A stretch of 63,543 bases of DNA from NCBI GenBank assembly GCA_034780895.1, contig JAUZTB010000001.1:90298589-90362131 (forward strand), read 5' to 3'. Shown one piece after another: positions 42,910 to 58,700 of this stretch. The notes beneath the pieces were generated by a model. That model had not been told where the DNA came from. It saw only the letters and a program-made list of their open reading frames with translations, and made no database searches. Source of the DNA: Rhynchobatus australiae (taxonomy: Eukaryota). The position numbers were made by a program, and so were the translations under genes. Each line of letters opens with the position of its first letter. Position 1 is the stretch's first letter.

Positions 42910-43779
42910 AACTTGTACAATTAGTGGATTAGGCGACAACCAGAATTTTCTGCCCTGCTTGGGGTATGATGAGGTTATGAAGAAGAGATTCATAAAATCA
43001 CCAGAGGATTGAGAGCCTTCCATTTCAAGAAAAATAAACACTGGGAGCTTTTTTTTCATGAAGTGAAAGATATTTATGAGTTATCACACAGAAGCTTCAA
43101 ATGACAAACAATTAAAAAAATCTTTCTGTTTAGTGTATTCTGTTTAGTGTATCTAGAAAGCAATAAACTCAGCATCAAATAGGTTTCNNNNNNNNNNNNN
43201 NNNNNNNNNNNNNNNNNNNNNNNNNNNNNNNNNNNNNNNNNNNNNNNNNNNNNNNNNNNNNNNNNNNNNNNNNNNNNNNNNNNNNNNNNNNNNNNNNNNN
43301 NNNNNNNNNNNNNNNNNNNNNNNNNNNNNNNNNNNNNNNNNNNNNNNNNNNNNNNNNNNNNNNNNNNNNNNNNNNNNNNNNNNNNNNNNNNNNNNNNNNN
43401 NNNNNNNNNNNNNNNNNNNNNNNNNNNNNNNNNNNNNNNNNNNNNNNNNNNNNNNNNNAAACAGCAGAATACTGCATTTGATCTTTAGGACCAAAGCAGA
43501 CTTAAGAAAGAATCAAGTGAATGTTAATATTGTAGGAATTTTATTTATATCCCTGGAAAGGGAAAATTAGGAGGGTTCACTTAATATACATAGCTGTATC
43601 TCTAAACAATACTGTTCCCAACCTATGGCAACATTTCTGTTCACTTACTCTATCTATACAGCTCACTTTCTCAATTCAGTTTTTATTCTGGATGCACTGA
43701 CACTTGTCAAGCTGCATTAAATACATGCAAACTCCAATCCTTAAAATATAACCAACCTCTCTTTGTAGCCTACTTAAGG

Positions 43780-46130
43780 AAGCAGAGAAAAGATCTGACA
43801 ACTGGAGTATAATGTGGGAAATGAGAAAGTGAGGGGAAAAAGAAGAAAAATAATACTTAAGTGGTGAGAGATTACAGGGCCGAAATGCAGAGGATTTGCA
43901 TGATTCACAAAAGAATGGTGTGCAAGTACAAGTTGGAAAGCTAACAGATGTNNNNNNNNNNCATTCAAAGTTTGTGAGCTTACTTAAAGCATTGCTGAGA
44001 CCTGTCTGGGAGTGCTGTGTGTAGTATTGATGCCCTTTCTCAGCAAAGGGTGTGCAATCGCTTTGGAAGGTTATAGGTCATTCATAGCAGGTTACTAGTC
44101 TCATAGCTGGAATGGGCAGATTGTCTCACGAGCAAAAGGTTGGATAGGCTAGTATGTATTCACTAGAGTTTACAATAGCGAGAGGCAACTTCATTGAAGT
44201 CATGGAGTCAGAGACATGCAGCATGGAAACAGGCCATTCTGCCCACCACATCAACTAATGGGCACCCATCCGTTCTAATTCCATCTCCCAACACTTGACC
44301 CATACTCTTCTATGCCTAAGTGATGCAAGTACTCATATAGAAACTTCTTAAATGCTGTCAGCATCCCCACTTCAACCACTCCCTCAGGCAGAGCATTGCA
44401 GGTACTCACTATTCTCTGGATGAAAATGGTCCCCCTCATATCCCCTCTCAATCCCTTACCTCAAATCTATGACTTCTCATTTTATCTACCTCAGGTAGGA
44501 GGAAAAGTTTCCTGCAGTCTACCCTATCTATGCTCCTGATACTTTTATACAGTTTAATCATGTCCCCTCTTAACCTCCTCCACTTCAATGAGAAGAGACC
44601 CAGCCTCTCCTCATAACTGAAACATTCCAGCCCAGGGAACATCCTAATGAATCTCCTCCAGACCCTCTTTAGTGCTATCATATCCTTCCTTTGGTGTGGC
44701 ATCCAGAACTGGAATCAGCACTCCAGTTGAAGCCTAACCAAAATTTTATGAAGTTGGAGCAAAACCTCCTTGTTTTGTATTCAATTCCCCAACTAATGAT
44801 TATCAGTAACCCAGATCTCTTCCTAACCACATTATCTACTTGTGCTGCCACCTTCAAGGATCTCTGGACTTGTACACCAAGGTCCCTCTGTGCCTCAATA
44901 TTCCCAGGTCCCTACCTTTCATGGTATATGTCCTAACCTCATTAGTAATCCAAAAATGCATCACCTCACATTTCTGGATTGAACTCCATCCATCATTTAT
45001 CAGCCCATTTCATCAACACATTGAGATTACTCTGTAGCTTAAGGCTACCTTCCACACAACCCTGGACTCTGCCAATCTTCATGTCATCTGCAAACTTAAT
45101 GATCATGCCTCCAACATCCACATTCAAATCATTTACATAAATTACAAAGAGCAAAGGTCCCAGCATTAAGTCCCAAGGAACCCCACTAGTAACAGGCATT
45201 CAATCACTAAAACCTTGCAACATAACCGTCTGTCTCAATGAACTTTGGCATTCAGGGTCACCTGAACTTGTTGCCCTGGGATTTTACCCTGAATTCTTGC
45301 CTTTTCTCCTTTGAATGCTTCCCATTGTGCAGATGTAGACTTGTCTGCAAGTAGGTGCTCCCAGTGAACTTTAGCCAGTTCTTGTCTTATTCAAATCAAA
45401 TTGGCCTTCCCCCAATTTAAGATATTTATTTCTGGTCCTCATTCCCCAAGATTATGGTCCTTCCCTCGTTAATCTATCTATATACTGTGTCAAAAGCTCT
45501 CTTGAATGGATCTCAAAAATTCTGCCCCCTGAGCCTTTTACGCTAAGGAAATCCCAGTTAGTATTCCAGAGATTAAAATCCCCTCATTCTGTAAACCTAG
45601 TTTTATTGCATCTTTGATAGCTGCCTACATATTTGTTCTCCTACATCTTGTAGGTCAGGAGATCTGTAATACACCCCAGCATAGTGACAACACCCATTTT
45701 GTTCCTGATCTCTGCCCATACAACCTCATTTGAGGAGCTTTCAAGGATATCCTCTCTCAGTACTGAAGTAATGCAGTCATTGACTAACAGTACAGTGCCA
45801 CCTTCTCTTTTACTTTCCCCTCCAGCCGCCCCCAACCCCCCGTCTCACCTGTATATTTTATACCCTGGGATACAGAGTTTAAGGCCAGAGAAGAGCAAAA
45901 TATCATCTCTCAGAGTGGTACTAATCTTTGGAATGCTCTTACTCCAAGAACAGAGCCTTTCAATATTTTTAAGACAGAAGCAGATAGATTCAAGTTAAGC
46001 AACGGGTAAAATGTCATTGAAGGTAGGCAGGAACGTGGAGTTCAGATTAGTCAGATGAATCATAACCTTATTGAGTTGTGGAGCAGCTCAAGGGGCCAAG
46101 TGACCTACTCCAGCTCCTAATAAGTTCATA
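43780..46130 (+). mobile_element. Host CR1 LINE (43780-44180 and 45875-46130) split by an opposite-strand CR1
   Basis: The 3' region stops at gaggcaacttcattgaa and resumes after 45875 with tctctcagagtggtactaatctttggaatgctct...aggggccaagtgacctactcc. Confidence 0.65.
44200..45870 (-). mobile_element. CR1-type LINE with endonuclease, RT and 3' tail, internally deleted
   Basis: ORF 45641 (GGTVLLVND...EVVWAEIRNK), ORF 44993 (VTSGVPWDLMLGPLLFVIYVNDL...KFADD), ORF 44448 (SYEERLGLFSLKWRRLRGDMI). Confidence 0.9.
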
Positions 46131-46817
46131 TGCGAGGTCTGAATAAATCTGAAAACATTTTGACTTTCAACCTGGCTACCAGAAATATTACGGCCACATT
46201 GTGTGACANNNNNNNNNNNNNNNNNNNNNNNNNNNNNNNNNNNNNNNNNNNNNNNNNNNNNNNNNNNNNNNNNNNNNNNNNNNNNNNNNNNNNNNNNNNN
46301 NNNNNNNNCTAATCACAACCGTTCCTTCCAATGGCTGAATCCCAACATTATCTGACTTAAAAGACATTTTTACTTCCACTTTTCAGACTCCAATACTTTG
46401 GACTGGGGTCTGATCTGGATGAGGTGGGGAATTGGGTATATCAATTACAACTTCACAAAGCTAAGAGTTTAAAAGAAATATTTCTAACAACAGGAAAAAA
46501 TGTTCATCCCTCTCCAACAAATTTACAACATAAGCAAACTGGATCAGTTAACAGGAAAACCTCTAGCAGATAAATCTACACAGGTTTTAATTTCTTTGCT
46601 GGTGTAATGTGATAGAAGAAGGCAGGCAGCAGACTTTGCAGGTTTTAGATTTGGAGGGTAGGAGAGAGTAGATTTGTTGGATTACTTCATGATCCAGTTA
46701 CTGGCCTTGAGCACATTTTTAGACAGAGGTTGGTCCTTGGGAATGTGATTCTATATTTACCTATCCATCTCTGGTAATTTAACACCAACTAGGACTGATA
46801 CCGGAGTGATAGTAATC

Positions 46818-47165
46818 TCATAGAGTCATAGCGTAATACAACTTGGAAACAAGCCCTTCAGCCCATCTCGTCCATACCAACCAAGATGCCGATCTAAGCT
46901 AATCCCATTGGCCCATACACCTCTAAACCTTTCCTATCCAAGTGTCTTTTAAATGTTGTTATTGTACTTTCCTCAACCACTTCCTCTAGCAGCTTGTTCC
47001 ATATAGCAGCACCCTCTGCATGAGGAATTTACACCTTGGATCCCTTTCAAAACTTTCCCCTCTCAACATAAACCTATGCCCTCTAGTTTCTGATTCATTT
47101 TCCCTGGGAAAAAAATTGTGTGCATTCACCCTATCCATGCCCTTTATGAATTATACACCTCTATA
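46818..47165 (-). mobile_element. CR1-type LINE 3' end
   Basis: catagagtcatag...ggaaacaagcccttcagccca...aacctatgccctctagtt. Confidence 0.8.
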
Positions 47166-47889
47166 TGGTCATGAAACAGTTTCAGCCACTAAACTGAAAA
47201 GATTTATTTCTCAAGCAAAGTAAGATGCAAAACATTGGTTTCACATTTCTAATTTATAAAGTACATAGAGACATCTGATCTCTGAGGTTGCCCATGGTTA
47301 GTACAGGTGTTGAGTGTGATTGGGACATTTAGTTAGTTAGCGCAAAATGAGAGACCTTCACATTTTCACAGCAGAGAGAGATAAGGGATATGGTCACTGG
47401 AAAATAGCATGAAAGCATAATGCCCCATGATCACAGGATATTTCTCAAAGGAAATACTTTGCATTAAGGGAGCAGACATGCTGATTTCAGTCGAATCCAC
47501 AGGGTGTGAATCCTTACAGAAACATAACAGGAAGTCCAAGGTGCTAATTTGGTTAAAAGGCAGTAGATTTCATATAGCATCATGTGGATCATTTTGAAAG
47601 ACAGGCTGTGCATGTAATTATATGTAGCCTTTTTAACTGGATTCTATCCCACTGACTTTCAAAAAGATTTAATTGACATTCCCATAAGGAGCTTGTTTTC
47701 CTTAGTTTCTTTAGGAGCACTTTGTTTATCAATTAACAGGAAAATTATTATGCCAGCCAACAAAGAAACTTGAGCACGTTCCACAGAATATGTCCTTTTT
47801 ATCAAGTCAAATATGGACTGTAGTTTTTATTAATTTAAAAAAATCAACAAATATTGTCCAAGATTGCATTTATTTGTATTAGAAGGGGA

Positions 47890-48072
47890 AAGAAAAGCAT
47901 TTATACAGCATTTTTCACAACTTTGGGTGGTTATAAAGCCCTTCATAGCCAATGAAATCCTTTTGCAATTTTGTTACTGTTCTAACAGAAGAAGCAAATC
48001 TGAAAACAAGTCTCTCAAACGGCAATGACATAAATGACCAGATAACCTGATTCATTAAATTGTTGGTTGAAA
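47890..48072 (-). mobile_element. Deu-domain SINE 3' half
   Basis: gcatttatacagcatttttcacaac...agccaatgaa...aatgaccagataa...tgttggttga. Confidence 0.7.
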
Positions 48073-50230
48073 ACTCAAGGCCCAGTCTAAGATAAAGAGT
48101 TGATGTTATTCAGCCCTTCAGGTCAGTTCTAGCATTCTAATAGATAACACCTGACCAGCACTTCAATACTATTTATCTGCAATTGCTCTACCTCCCTTGC
48201 TTTCCTCATTCCAAGTTATTAAATAAAATAAGCACCATTTAAAAAATCTTGAAGACTTCAACAGAATGCAAGGTCTGCTTACAGGAGCACTTGGTAACAT
48301 TGATGCCCGAGAGAAAACAAAGCTTAGTCACTTGCTGGTACATATCACAGGAAGCAACTGTAGCCATGCAGCAAAACAAAAGCCAGGGGAACATTTAACT
48401 ACTCCCAGAAATCATTCTTAGTTGTAATATTTGTTGGCAATCATGCAACTTTCCTGTACATCTAGTTAGGTTGGGTACAGGGGTTAAAAGATAAAAGCTG
48501 TTGAAGCTTCATTTGGCATTACATATCTAGGATGTGAGTAAAAATAAATTTATAATACACTCATTATTAGTGCTTTTCAATAAAGCTAGCAAATTGAATC
48601 ACCAAAACAGGAAAAACACCATGGCTGTAATTTTAAATAACTTTAAAAATTAAAATCTTTTGTACACAAACAGCACACCACCCAAGAATATTTCATATCT
48701 GTATAATAATTGCATTGCTATAAAAACAATTATTAGAACATCCTTTTATCTTTCACATCCCTTTTATCATAAAATGCTTGATTGTAAGTTTTTGCATTTG
48801 GATACTGAGGTTTACAAAGTGCATTCAGTCTTTCACCAATTTTCATTTACATACAAGATCAAGAATATGAAAAAGGGATGCAATTCATATCCCATGTGTA
48901 TTCATTGAGAGCATGTTTGCTCTGGTGTTTGAAGTGTTTACTACCATGAAATGACGCACCAAGTACAAGGATGAAGAAGAAATGTGAAATGTTCACTTTA
49001 GCTGTCTCAGTTCCTCAATCAGCTTAAAATTATATTTATAGGGTGGAACTGGACTGTCCAATTTTAATTAAGGCCAATGTTGTGCATNNNNNNNNNNNNN
49101 NNNNNNNNNNNNNNNNNNNNNNNNNNNNNNNNNNNNNNNNNNNNNNNNNNNNNACCTTGCATGTGAGGCCCATAATTCTGTAAATGCTGAAGGCAAAACA
49201 TTAAATCTACTGCATTGCCTCGAGGTCAACGGGAAGCAACAACTGTGAATGAACAGCTTTTTAAAATTTTTTTTAAATTTGATTCTTGCAGTCAATTTTT
49301 AAGATACTGACTAATGGTTAAAATTAGAAATGAACCAAATAATAATCATTAAGCATTTGTGTGATAATTCACACAATCCAATTTCACACCATTAATCTTA
49401 TGCCACATTCTACCATCTATTTAATAATCTAACTTTAACTCTATTAATATTAGTCCTTTTATAATAATAGGCTATTTACAAGATCAATTTGTAATAGGTA
49501 ATAAATAGGATCAAACATGCACAAATACCTCAGTATGGTGTATGCTTTTAAGATAAACTGAAAATTTTCTTTGCAATGAAAATTATTAATAGCTACTTTA
49601 ACAGAGCAGTATGTAGAGAATTGCACAGTAAGTAGAGCTATTGCTGAATTAAACATGAACACAATGGAGTAAGAGTTCTTCTAATTCCTGGCCAGAGGAA
49701 AACTCAAATGTAGTCTATTCTTGAAAAACAAAGTTTTTAATTCTTCTACAGACAATTCAGAAAATATCTCTTCAATAAATCATCTTGGAAAGCAGCAAAA
49801 ACATTCTTTTTCTTCAGGTTCATTGTGAACTGTTCAAAGTCAGGAATAAAGGCAACACAAGAAACAAGATTCAATCAGTTGAAGAGCAGAGTTACTGGAA
49901 GAATGACAGTTTCCTAAAGAATTATCATTTTTGACATTTAAGAAAATCAATCTTTTGTAAAAAAAAATCTTCACAGTAATGAGGTAAGAAGTTTAAATGG
50001 AAAAGTCTGATCAGGCTTTCTGTCAATACAAGATTCAAAACACCCACTAACATTCAGAGAAGACACAGTGAACAACTACAGACTCTTATGCAGCAGCAGA
50101 CCATGAATAATCAGCCTATGAAATACAAGCTCTTGTAGAAAAAAATCCAAGAATGGACATTTCATAAATGTTTCATGACTAAACACCACTCCCACCGCTT
50201 GCATCCCACCGCTGCCAAGGCAATTCCTTT

Positions 50231-50454
50231 GGGGTGGCATGATAGCGTAGTAGTTAGCGCAATACTATTACAGCGCTAGCGATTGGGGTTTGATTCCCGT
50301 CGCTGTCTGTAAGGAGTTTGTACATTCTCCCTTGCCTGCGTGGGTTTCCTCCGGGTGCTCCGGTTTCCTCCCACATTCTAAAAAGACGTACAGGTAGGTT
50401 ATTTTGGGGTTTAAAATGGGTGGTGTGGACTTGTTGGGCCAGAAGAGCCTGTTA
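50231..50454 (+). mobile_element. V-SINE (HE1-like), well preserved
   Basis: A/B-box head ggcatgatagcgtagtagttagcgc...gggtttgattccc; intact V domain tgcgtgggtttcctccgggtgctccggtttcctcccaca; CR1-like tail gggccagaagagcctgtt. Confidence 0.9.
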
Positions 50455-52329
50455 NNNNNNNNNNNNNNNNNNNNNNNNNNNNNNNNNNNNNNNNNNNNNN
50501 NNNNNNNNNNNNNNNNNNNNNNNNNNNNNNNNNNNNNNNNNNNNNNNNNNNNNNTTAAATTTAAAAATTTAAATTAAAAAAATAATTAATTTTAAGAAAA
50601 TAAGAGTAGCAAAAAACAATTTTAAGAACATGCAAGGGTTGGTACCAAATTTTGTCTGATAACGCTCTTGTGAAAAGCCTTGAAACATTCTATGATGCTA
50701 AAGGCATTATGCAAATAAAATGCATAACATAATCAGAAAGAAAACAATCTAAATGGTAGATTTGCAAACATTTTTTTTAACTGTGTTCATGTTAAGTATG
50801 TTAAACATTCAACAACAGAATTGCATTTTGTCTCTCCAAGTGAGTTTTAATTGGTGAAAGTGTGCTTTTGAAGCATAACATATGAGGCATGAAATACACA
50901 GGATCTGACATTTCTGTACGCTAATGACAAGTGCATCTTATAACAAACATTATCACATTATATTTAAAGTATATAGTCTCAGTGTATGCTTTGCTTTTCT
51001 ATTATATTGTCACACAAGTTTAAAATCTGATCTTTATTTTACTGCCTACTTTATTAGAATTTCATTTTAACAAACCAGAAAAAGGGCAGGCAATACAGAC
51101 TTTCACAAACAAGGAGATACTCCTGCCACGCTATCAAGACCTGGGAATGGATGGGAGAGAGAGTAACCAGTTTGAAAAAATATTAAAAAAGTAAATGCAC
51201 AATCCAATTTAACAAGATTAGCTGTGTCAAGCTGGGTTTGGTTTACAACACTAGCCTTGCCTCTCCCAGTCCCCAGTCACCTACATTTACCAGCCAGTTG
51301 CATGAGACCAAAGAAGCTGTTCTCTCCACACCAGTAGGCACAACAAGGCCTTAAGCAGGCATACTACTACATCCCCAGAAAAAGGGTGATTGTTACAATT
51401 CCGAATGTACTTATAGGGTACACAAAAGAGAAACTACAAACACATTCCAAAAGCAACTCGACATAGCTGTCAGCAGGTAGGTCAGTTTGGCACTGGCTGA
51501 ATTCTAAAGGCCCAGCTACCAGCAACTGTAGAAGTCAAATGGCAACTAAGGATGTGGAAAGATTTAATACACTTATTTTTTTTAAAAATGCTCTTTTAAG
51601 AAGATAAATACCCTGACCTCACATAGGATTTAAAGACAATTATTTGGGAAACCAAAGGAAGTAACTCAGATGGATTCCAATTTTATCTCCCTTACAATTC
51701 CACTAAGCACATACCCAATGCATCCCATTATACATTTGCAATTCCAAGTGTAGAGAATCAAATGAGAACTAGAAACAATTCTGTTTTTCTTTGCGTGGGA
51801 TATTAGTTGTGTTTTGGGGAACTGCAATGAACTCATTTTAAGGGATCAAATAAAGAAACCAGTTGCACAAGAAACAAACTGTCCAAAAAAAAACAGAATA
51901 AAAGAAGACACACATGATCCAACAAAGTCAAGGACGTAAAATCAGTCTCCTTAGTCATGAACCCATGATGTAAAGAGGAAGGAAAGGCAGAAAAANNNNN
52001 NNNNNNNNNNNNNNNNNNNNNNNNNNNNNNNNNNNNNNNNNNNNNNNNNNNNNNNNNNNNNNNNNNNNNNNNNNNNNNNNNNNNNNNNNNNNNNNTTGCA
52101 GAATTTAGAATCATTGTGGCTATCGGCCTTTCCAATTAATTCTTAAGATAGGGCTGAGCTCTGTAAGGAGGTCAGTTTAAATTGCTTGTCTGCAAAGAAA
52201 TATGCCAAGCTAAAATGAAGGCACACTCAAGTTATTTTCGCTTCCTCACACAGCAAGAAATGAACTCAAACTCTTTTAATCATGTATCAAAATGTTATCA
52301 AATGAACTGTCTTATTTAAAAAGGAATTA

Positions 52330-52550
52330 GATGATGTCTTTCATATCCTAGGGTTGTGCCAAAGTACTTCAAGCAAATGAACTATTTTTGAAAAGTAGTC
52401 ACTGTTATACAGTACAAAAAGTGAGAGCCAATTTTCTGACAATAAACTCCCACAAAACAGCAATGTGCCAAAAATCAATGTTTCCGTCATGCTGGAATAC
52501 AAAGATAGGCCAAGCAATCAGGGCTAACTTCTGGCTCTACCTGAAATTGA
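52330..52550 (-). mobile_element. Deu-domain SINE 3' half
   Basis: tttgaaaagtagtcactgtt...agccaatttt...ctcccacaaaacagcaatgtg. Confidence 0.65.
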
Positions 52551-52765
52551 CTCCACTCAGCTAACTGTTAGCTAGCATTAATACTTCTTATTCTAAGCAA
52601 ATAGATAAACTTGATAAGCAAATTTGAACAATTAGTGGAAGACACATGCAATACGTCTGTTAAATGATCTGTACTTCACCAGGACTAAGACTGATACATT
52701 TTTGACTGTTATTTTGCAAAGTTTGTTTTTCATATACTTTTATATTATCCACTTGCATAGCATTT

Positions 52766-52915
52766 ATAGATATAGAGTTACAGAGCAATACAGCATGGAA
52801 ACAGGCCTTTCAACCCAAATCGTCCATGCTGCCCACAGTAGTAGTCCCAAACTAGTGCCATTTGCCTCATATCCCTTGAAACCCCTCCTATCCATGTACT
52901 TATCCAAAGATGTGT
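52766..52915 (-). mobile_element. CR1/HE1-type 3' tail fragment
   Basis: tacagcatggaaacaggccttt...cctatccatgtacttatccaaa. Confidence 0.7.
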
Positions 52916-53089
52916 TAACCAACAGGCTTTTAATAATATTATGGTATTGAACTGTATCACTTATTTATTATTAAATCTGGAAATTCTGTGAAAACAATGA
53001 CTGCTCTTATTTTCTCATGCATTGCTGCCATTATAGTAGTATGTACTTCTAATTGTATGAATTTATTTATTTATCAATTTACTTTACAA

Positions 53090-53153
53090 CACCAGATGAT
53101 AACCTTTACTTATTAATCTCCCACCAGATGATAACCTTTACTTATTAATCTCC
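53090..53153. repeat. Perfect 32-bp tandem duplication
   Basis: caccagatgataacctttacttattaatctcc x2. Confidence 0.95.
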
Positions 53154-53435
53154 TTTTCAAAGCTGGCTGCTGGAAGTAGATTCCAGCTATTTCAGCTAAT
53201 TATTATTGTATCCACACATATCACATTACAGAGATGGGATCAGACAACAAATGGGTATACATTTACAAACACCTGGAATAATTCGATGCAATTCTCCCAG
53301 TACTTTGAAATAACTACATCAGTTAACGAGCTCCCCACAAAGCAAAGCTGGAAATAGATCCAAACTGATAAGTTTACATCAAAGATTTGTGTATTAGTAA
53401 TACATGGGAATGTATCTAATAATCAATCAAGTCTA

Positions 53436-55232
<1,797 letters not shown>

Positions 55233-55775
55233 TTAATACTCACATTCTGAGTAACTTATACACACATTGTTGGAAATAGACTTTTGTTTTTATAAACGTG
55301 AACAAATTGTAAATTTCCTGTCACCTCTCATAATATTTTCCTATTTCATAAATTGATTTTAAGATTAATATGAAGATGATCAAAAAGTGAATATTTCAGA
55401 CCTGCATCTTGAACACAGAAACGCATTGNNNNNNNNNNCCAAACCACTTCATGAAAGGGCGAGGAGGAAATACAGATGAACAGAATAGTAATGTTTAGTC
55501 TAAGAAGTTCATTTTAAAGAAGGTCTTAAAAAGAAGGAAATGTAGAAAGCCGAGGTACAGGTAAAAAGGGACTTGCACAAGATGCCAGGGTCAAAGAAAC
55601 AGTAAGAGTCAGAAAGGTACATTGCTAAAATGATGACAGACAATGCCATGAGGGAATTTAGAAATGAGGATAATAAATTTAAACCAGCTGTTAGGAGACG
55701 AAGGACTAGCATTGGACAACATGGAAATAAGTGACTGGTGAACAGCATGATGCACATCAGCTAATTTGCAGACCT

Positions 55776-56045
55776 ACGCTCCCTTTAAACTCACCAGGCC
55801 CTAGTCCCATGCTCCTTACAAACTCACCAGGGCTTTATGTCAAGCACTTCTTATAAACTCACTGAGGCACTGATTTGATGCTCTGTTTAAACTCCTCAGC
55901 ATACTGTTTTCCCAGCACTCCCCAATCCAGAGGCCCCATTCAAAGCACCCAATAGTGCTTTTGAACTCAACAGGGCCCTATTTCCCAAGCTCTCTTTAAA
56001 CTTGCCATAGTTTTATTTCACGTTTCCTTTAATCTCCCCAGGTTC
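55776..56045. repeat. Degenerate minisatellite, ~32-37 bp unit
   Basis: Recurrent tttaaactcaccaggNcc core, about 7-8 copies. Confidence 0.8.
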
Positions 56046-56224
56046 AGTGAAAGTTTTTATCCACTGTGTAACATGTTAAAAAAAAAAGTGAATTAAATTT
56101 AAATTGTGATATTAATAGGAGTAAGATCCAATAATCTGGAGAATCTGGCAGTCGGGAACCACCAAAGTCCCAAGGATGCCANNNNNNNNNNNNNNNNNNN
56201 NNNNNNAGGGGGGCGGGGGGGCAC

Positions 56225-57490
56225 GAGTAACATACTACTGTGGATTGAAGAACGGATAATGGATATAAAACAGTAGGAATAAATGGGCCATTTTCAATTG
56301 GCGAGTTTGTGAATACTGGGACATCACTGGGATTGGTGGTTGGACCCTGGTGTTCACAATCTATCTACGATTAGTAACGAGATCAAATGTAATGTAGCCA
56401 AGTTTGCCGATGACAAAGTTAGGTGGCATATGACCTGTAAGCAGGATGCAGAAAGACTTCAGGGGATACAAGCTGATAAAAGGTATGGGCAAGAACATGC
56501 AGATGCAAATTGATAGTAGATAACCTGAGTCTTTTTCCAGGGTGGAAATGTCAAACACTAGTGGGCATAGGTCTAAAGGGAGGGGGCAAGGAAAGCTTTT
56601 TTTTAAAAAACAGAGTGGTCGGTGTTTGGAAGCTGTTGTCATGGAAGGTGGAAAAAGGAACGACAACAGTAACATTTAAGAGGCATTTAGACAGACATAT
56701 TAACAGACAGTGACCAAGTGCAGGCACATGGAATTAGTTAGACTGGCATCATGGTCAGTGAATACTTGTTTTGCCAAAGGGCCTGTCATCATACAACTCT
56801 GTTCTGTGATGTAAAGCAATGCAATGTCATCAGATATGGTGGAAACAATAGAACAGCAGAGTAATTTTTTAAATGGTGAGAGATTGAGAGGTATTGGCAT
56901 TCAGTGGCATCTGGCACAAATCACTTAAAAGTTAATATGCAGGTTCAGCAAGCAATTAGGAAGGCAAGTGGCACGTTGACCCTGATTGCCAAAGAATTTG
57001 AGTACACAAGTAGAGATATCTTGTTCTGCTGTTTTGGAGCTGATGAGTCAACATCAAAACGTTACGAACAGGTCTGGTCTGCTTATCCAAGGAAGAATAT
57101 AGTGCAATGAAGGTTCACCAGATTGATCCCTGGGATGGGGTAGGTTATCCTATGAGGAGAGCCAATAACCCTCAAGTTTAAAAGAGGTGACATCATTGAA
57201 ACGTGCAGATTTTTTTTTAAACAAGGCCTGATAGGGTAGACTCGGGATGTCTAGGAGGGTCATGGGGATTCACCATTCAGGACAGAGGTGAGAAGAAATT
57301 TCTTCACTTTTTATATAGAAGCTTTGCAAGCCATGAGGGTTTTGGAGTCTTGGTTACAGATCAATAGGTTTCTGGATACCAACACAGAAACCAAGGATAT
57401 GGGATCAGTGCAGGAATATGGTGATGAGATCTTACTGAATGGCAGAGCAGCCACAAGAGGGCTAAATGAGCTCCACAGGCTCCTCCTATT
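56225..57490 (+). mobile_element. CR1-type LINE with a second CR1 3' end nested at ~56513-56807
   Basis: KFADDK motif at 56400; host reading interrupted by a separate tail ending gggcctgtcatcatacaactctgttctg, then resumes. Confidence 0.75.
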
Positions 57491-57769
57491 ATATTCATAC
57501 ATTACGTTCAACTGATGTTACTTTATCTTTCTTCTCCTAACTCCCTTCCTAAAGTTTAGATTTTGATATGTGCGAAGGAAAATAGCTCACACAAAAATGA
57601 ACCCCACGGTAAATCTTGTACCATGGTTCTGGAAATGAATGTATCACCTAACTTTGTAGTCCGGAAACTACAATTGACACTAATTCATTCCAAGCATAAT
57701 TATCATTACATTGCATCTTATAAAAGTAGGCCTATATTCAAATTCCACATATGTTCATGTTGACGATTA

Positions 57770-57931
<162 letters not shown>

Positions 57932-58377
57932 TCATTCAGAGTTAAATGTGTGTACTCCAAGTATATACTGATCTAGAGTGACCCCTCTGCACGAATTTAT
58001 ACTACATGCTGGTTACTACGGAATACTCAGTCTGTACTGCAGAAAAACAGGCATGCAATTATGTTGATGGTTACCTTGCAGTGCTGGTTCCAAGTACAGA
58101 GAGCAAGGGTACCTTGGGATTGAGGTGCTNNNNNNNNNNNNNNNNNNNNNNNNNNNNNNNNNNNNNNNNNNNNNNNNNNNNNNNNNNNNNNNNNNNNNNN
58201 NNNNNNNNNNNNNNNNNNNNNNNNNNNNNNNNNNNNNNNNNNNNNNNNNNNNNNNNNNNNNNNNNNNNNNNNNNNNNNNNNNNNNNNNNNNNNNNNNNNN
58301 NNNNNNNNNNNNNNNNNNNNNNNNNNNNNNNNNNNNNNNNNNNNNNNNNNNNNNNNNNNNNNNNNNNNNNNNNNNNA

Positions 58378-58700
58378 CAGTAGTTACTTACTTAAGCTGC
58401 TCCAAATGCATCCCTCTGTGATATTTACCACCAAGAAGGACGAGTAACAAGTGCAAGGGAACATCACCTTCAGATTTCTCTCTGTTGCACACTATTCTGA
58501 ATTAAAAATATATAGCTGATCTTTCATTGTTATGGTTCTGAATCCTGGAACAGTGGCACATTTTGTAGATGGTACATACTGCAACCATTATGCCCCGGTA
58601 ATGAAGTGAATGACTGTTCAGGGTGGTTGATGGGGTATCAGCCAAGCAGGTTCCTTTGCCCTGAATAACCTCAAGTTTCTTGGATGTTACATATATAGAA
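58378..58700. mobile_element. Non-LTR retrotransposon (CR1/L2 group) C-terminal relic with internal inversion
   Basis: Minus strand KKLEVIQGK...LNSHSLHYR...VCTIYKM; its expected continuation (ccaccaagaaggac...gggaacatcacc...aatcctggaac) lies on the plus strand. Confidence 0.6.

Noticed and set aside
50231-50310. tRNA-like A/B boxes
   Set aside because: Head of a V-SINE followed by the V domain; no complete cloverleaf, so not a tRNA gene
55776-56045. CRISPR-like appearance of core-plus-variable units
   Set aside because: Vertebrate intron, the variable parts are homologous to each other, and there are no cas genes
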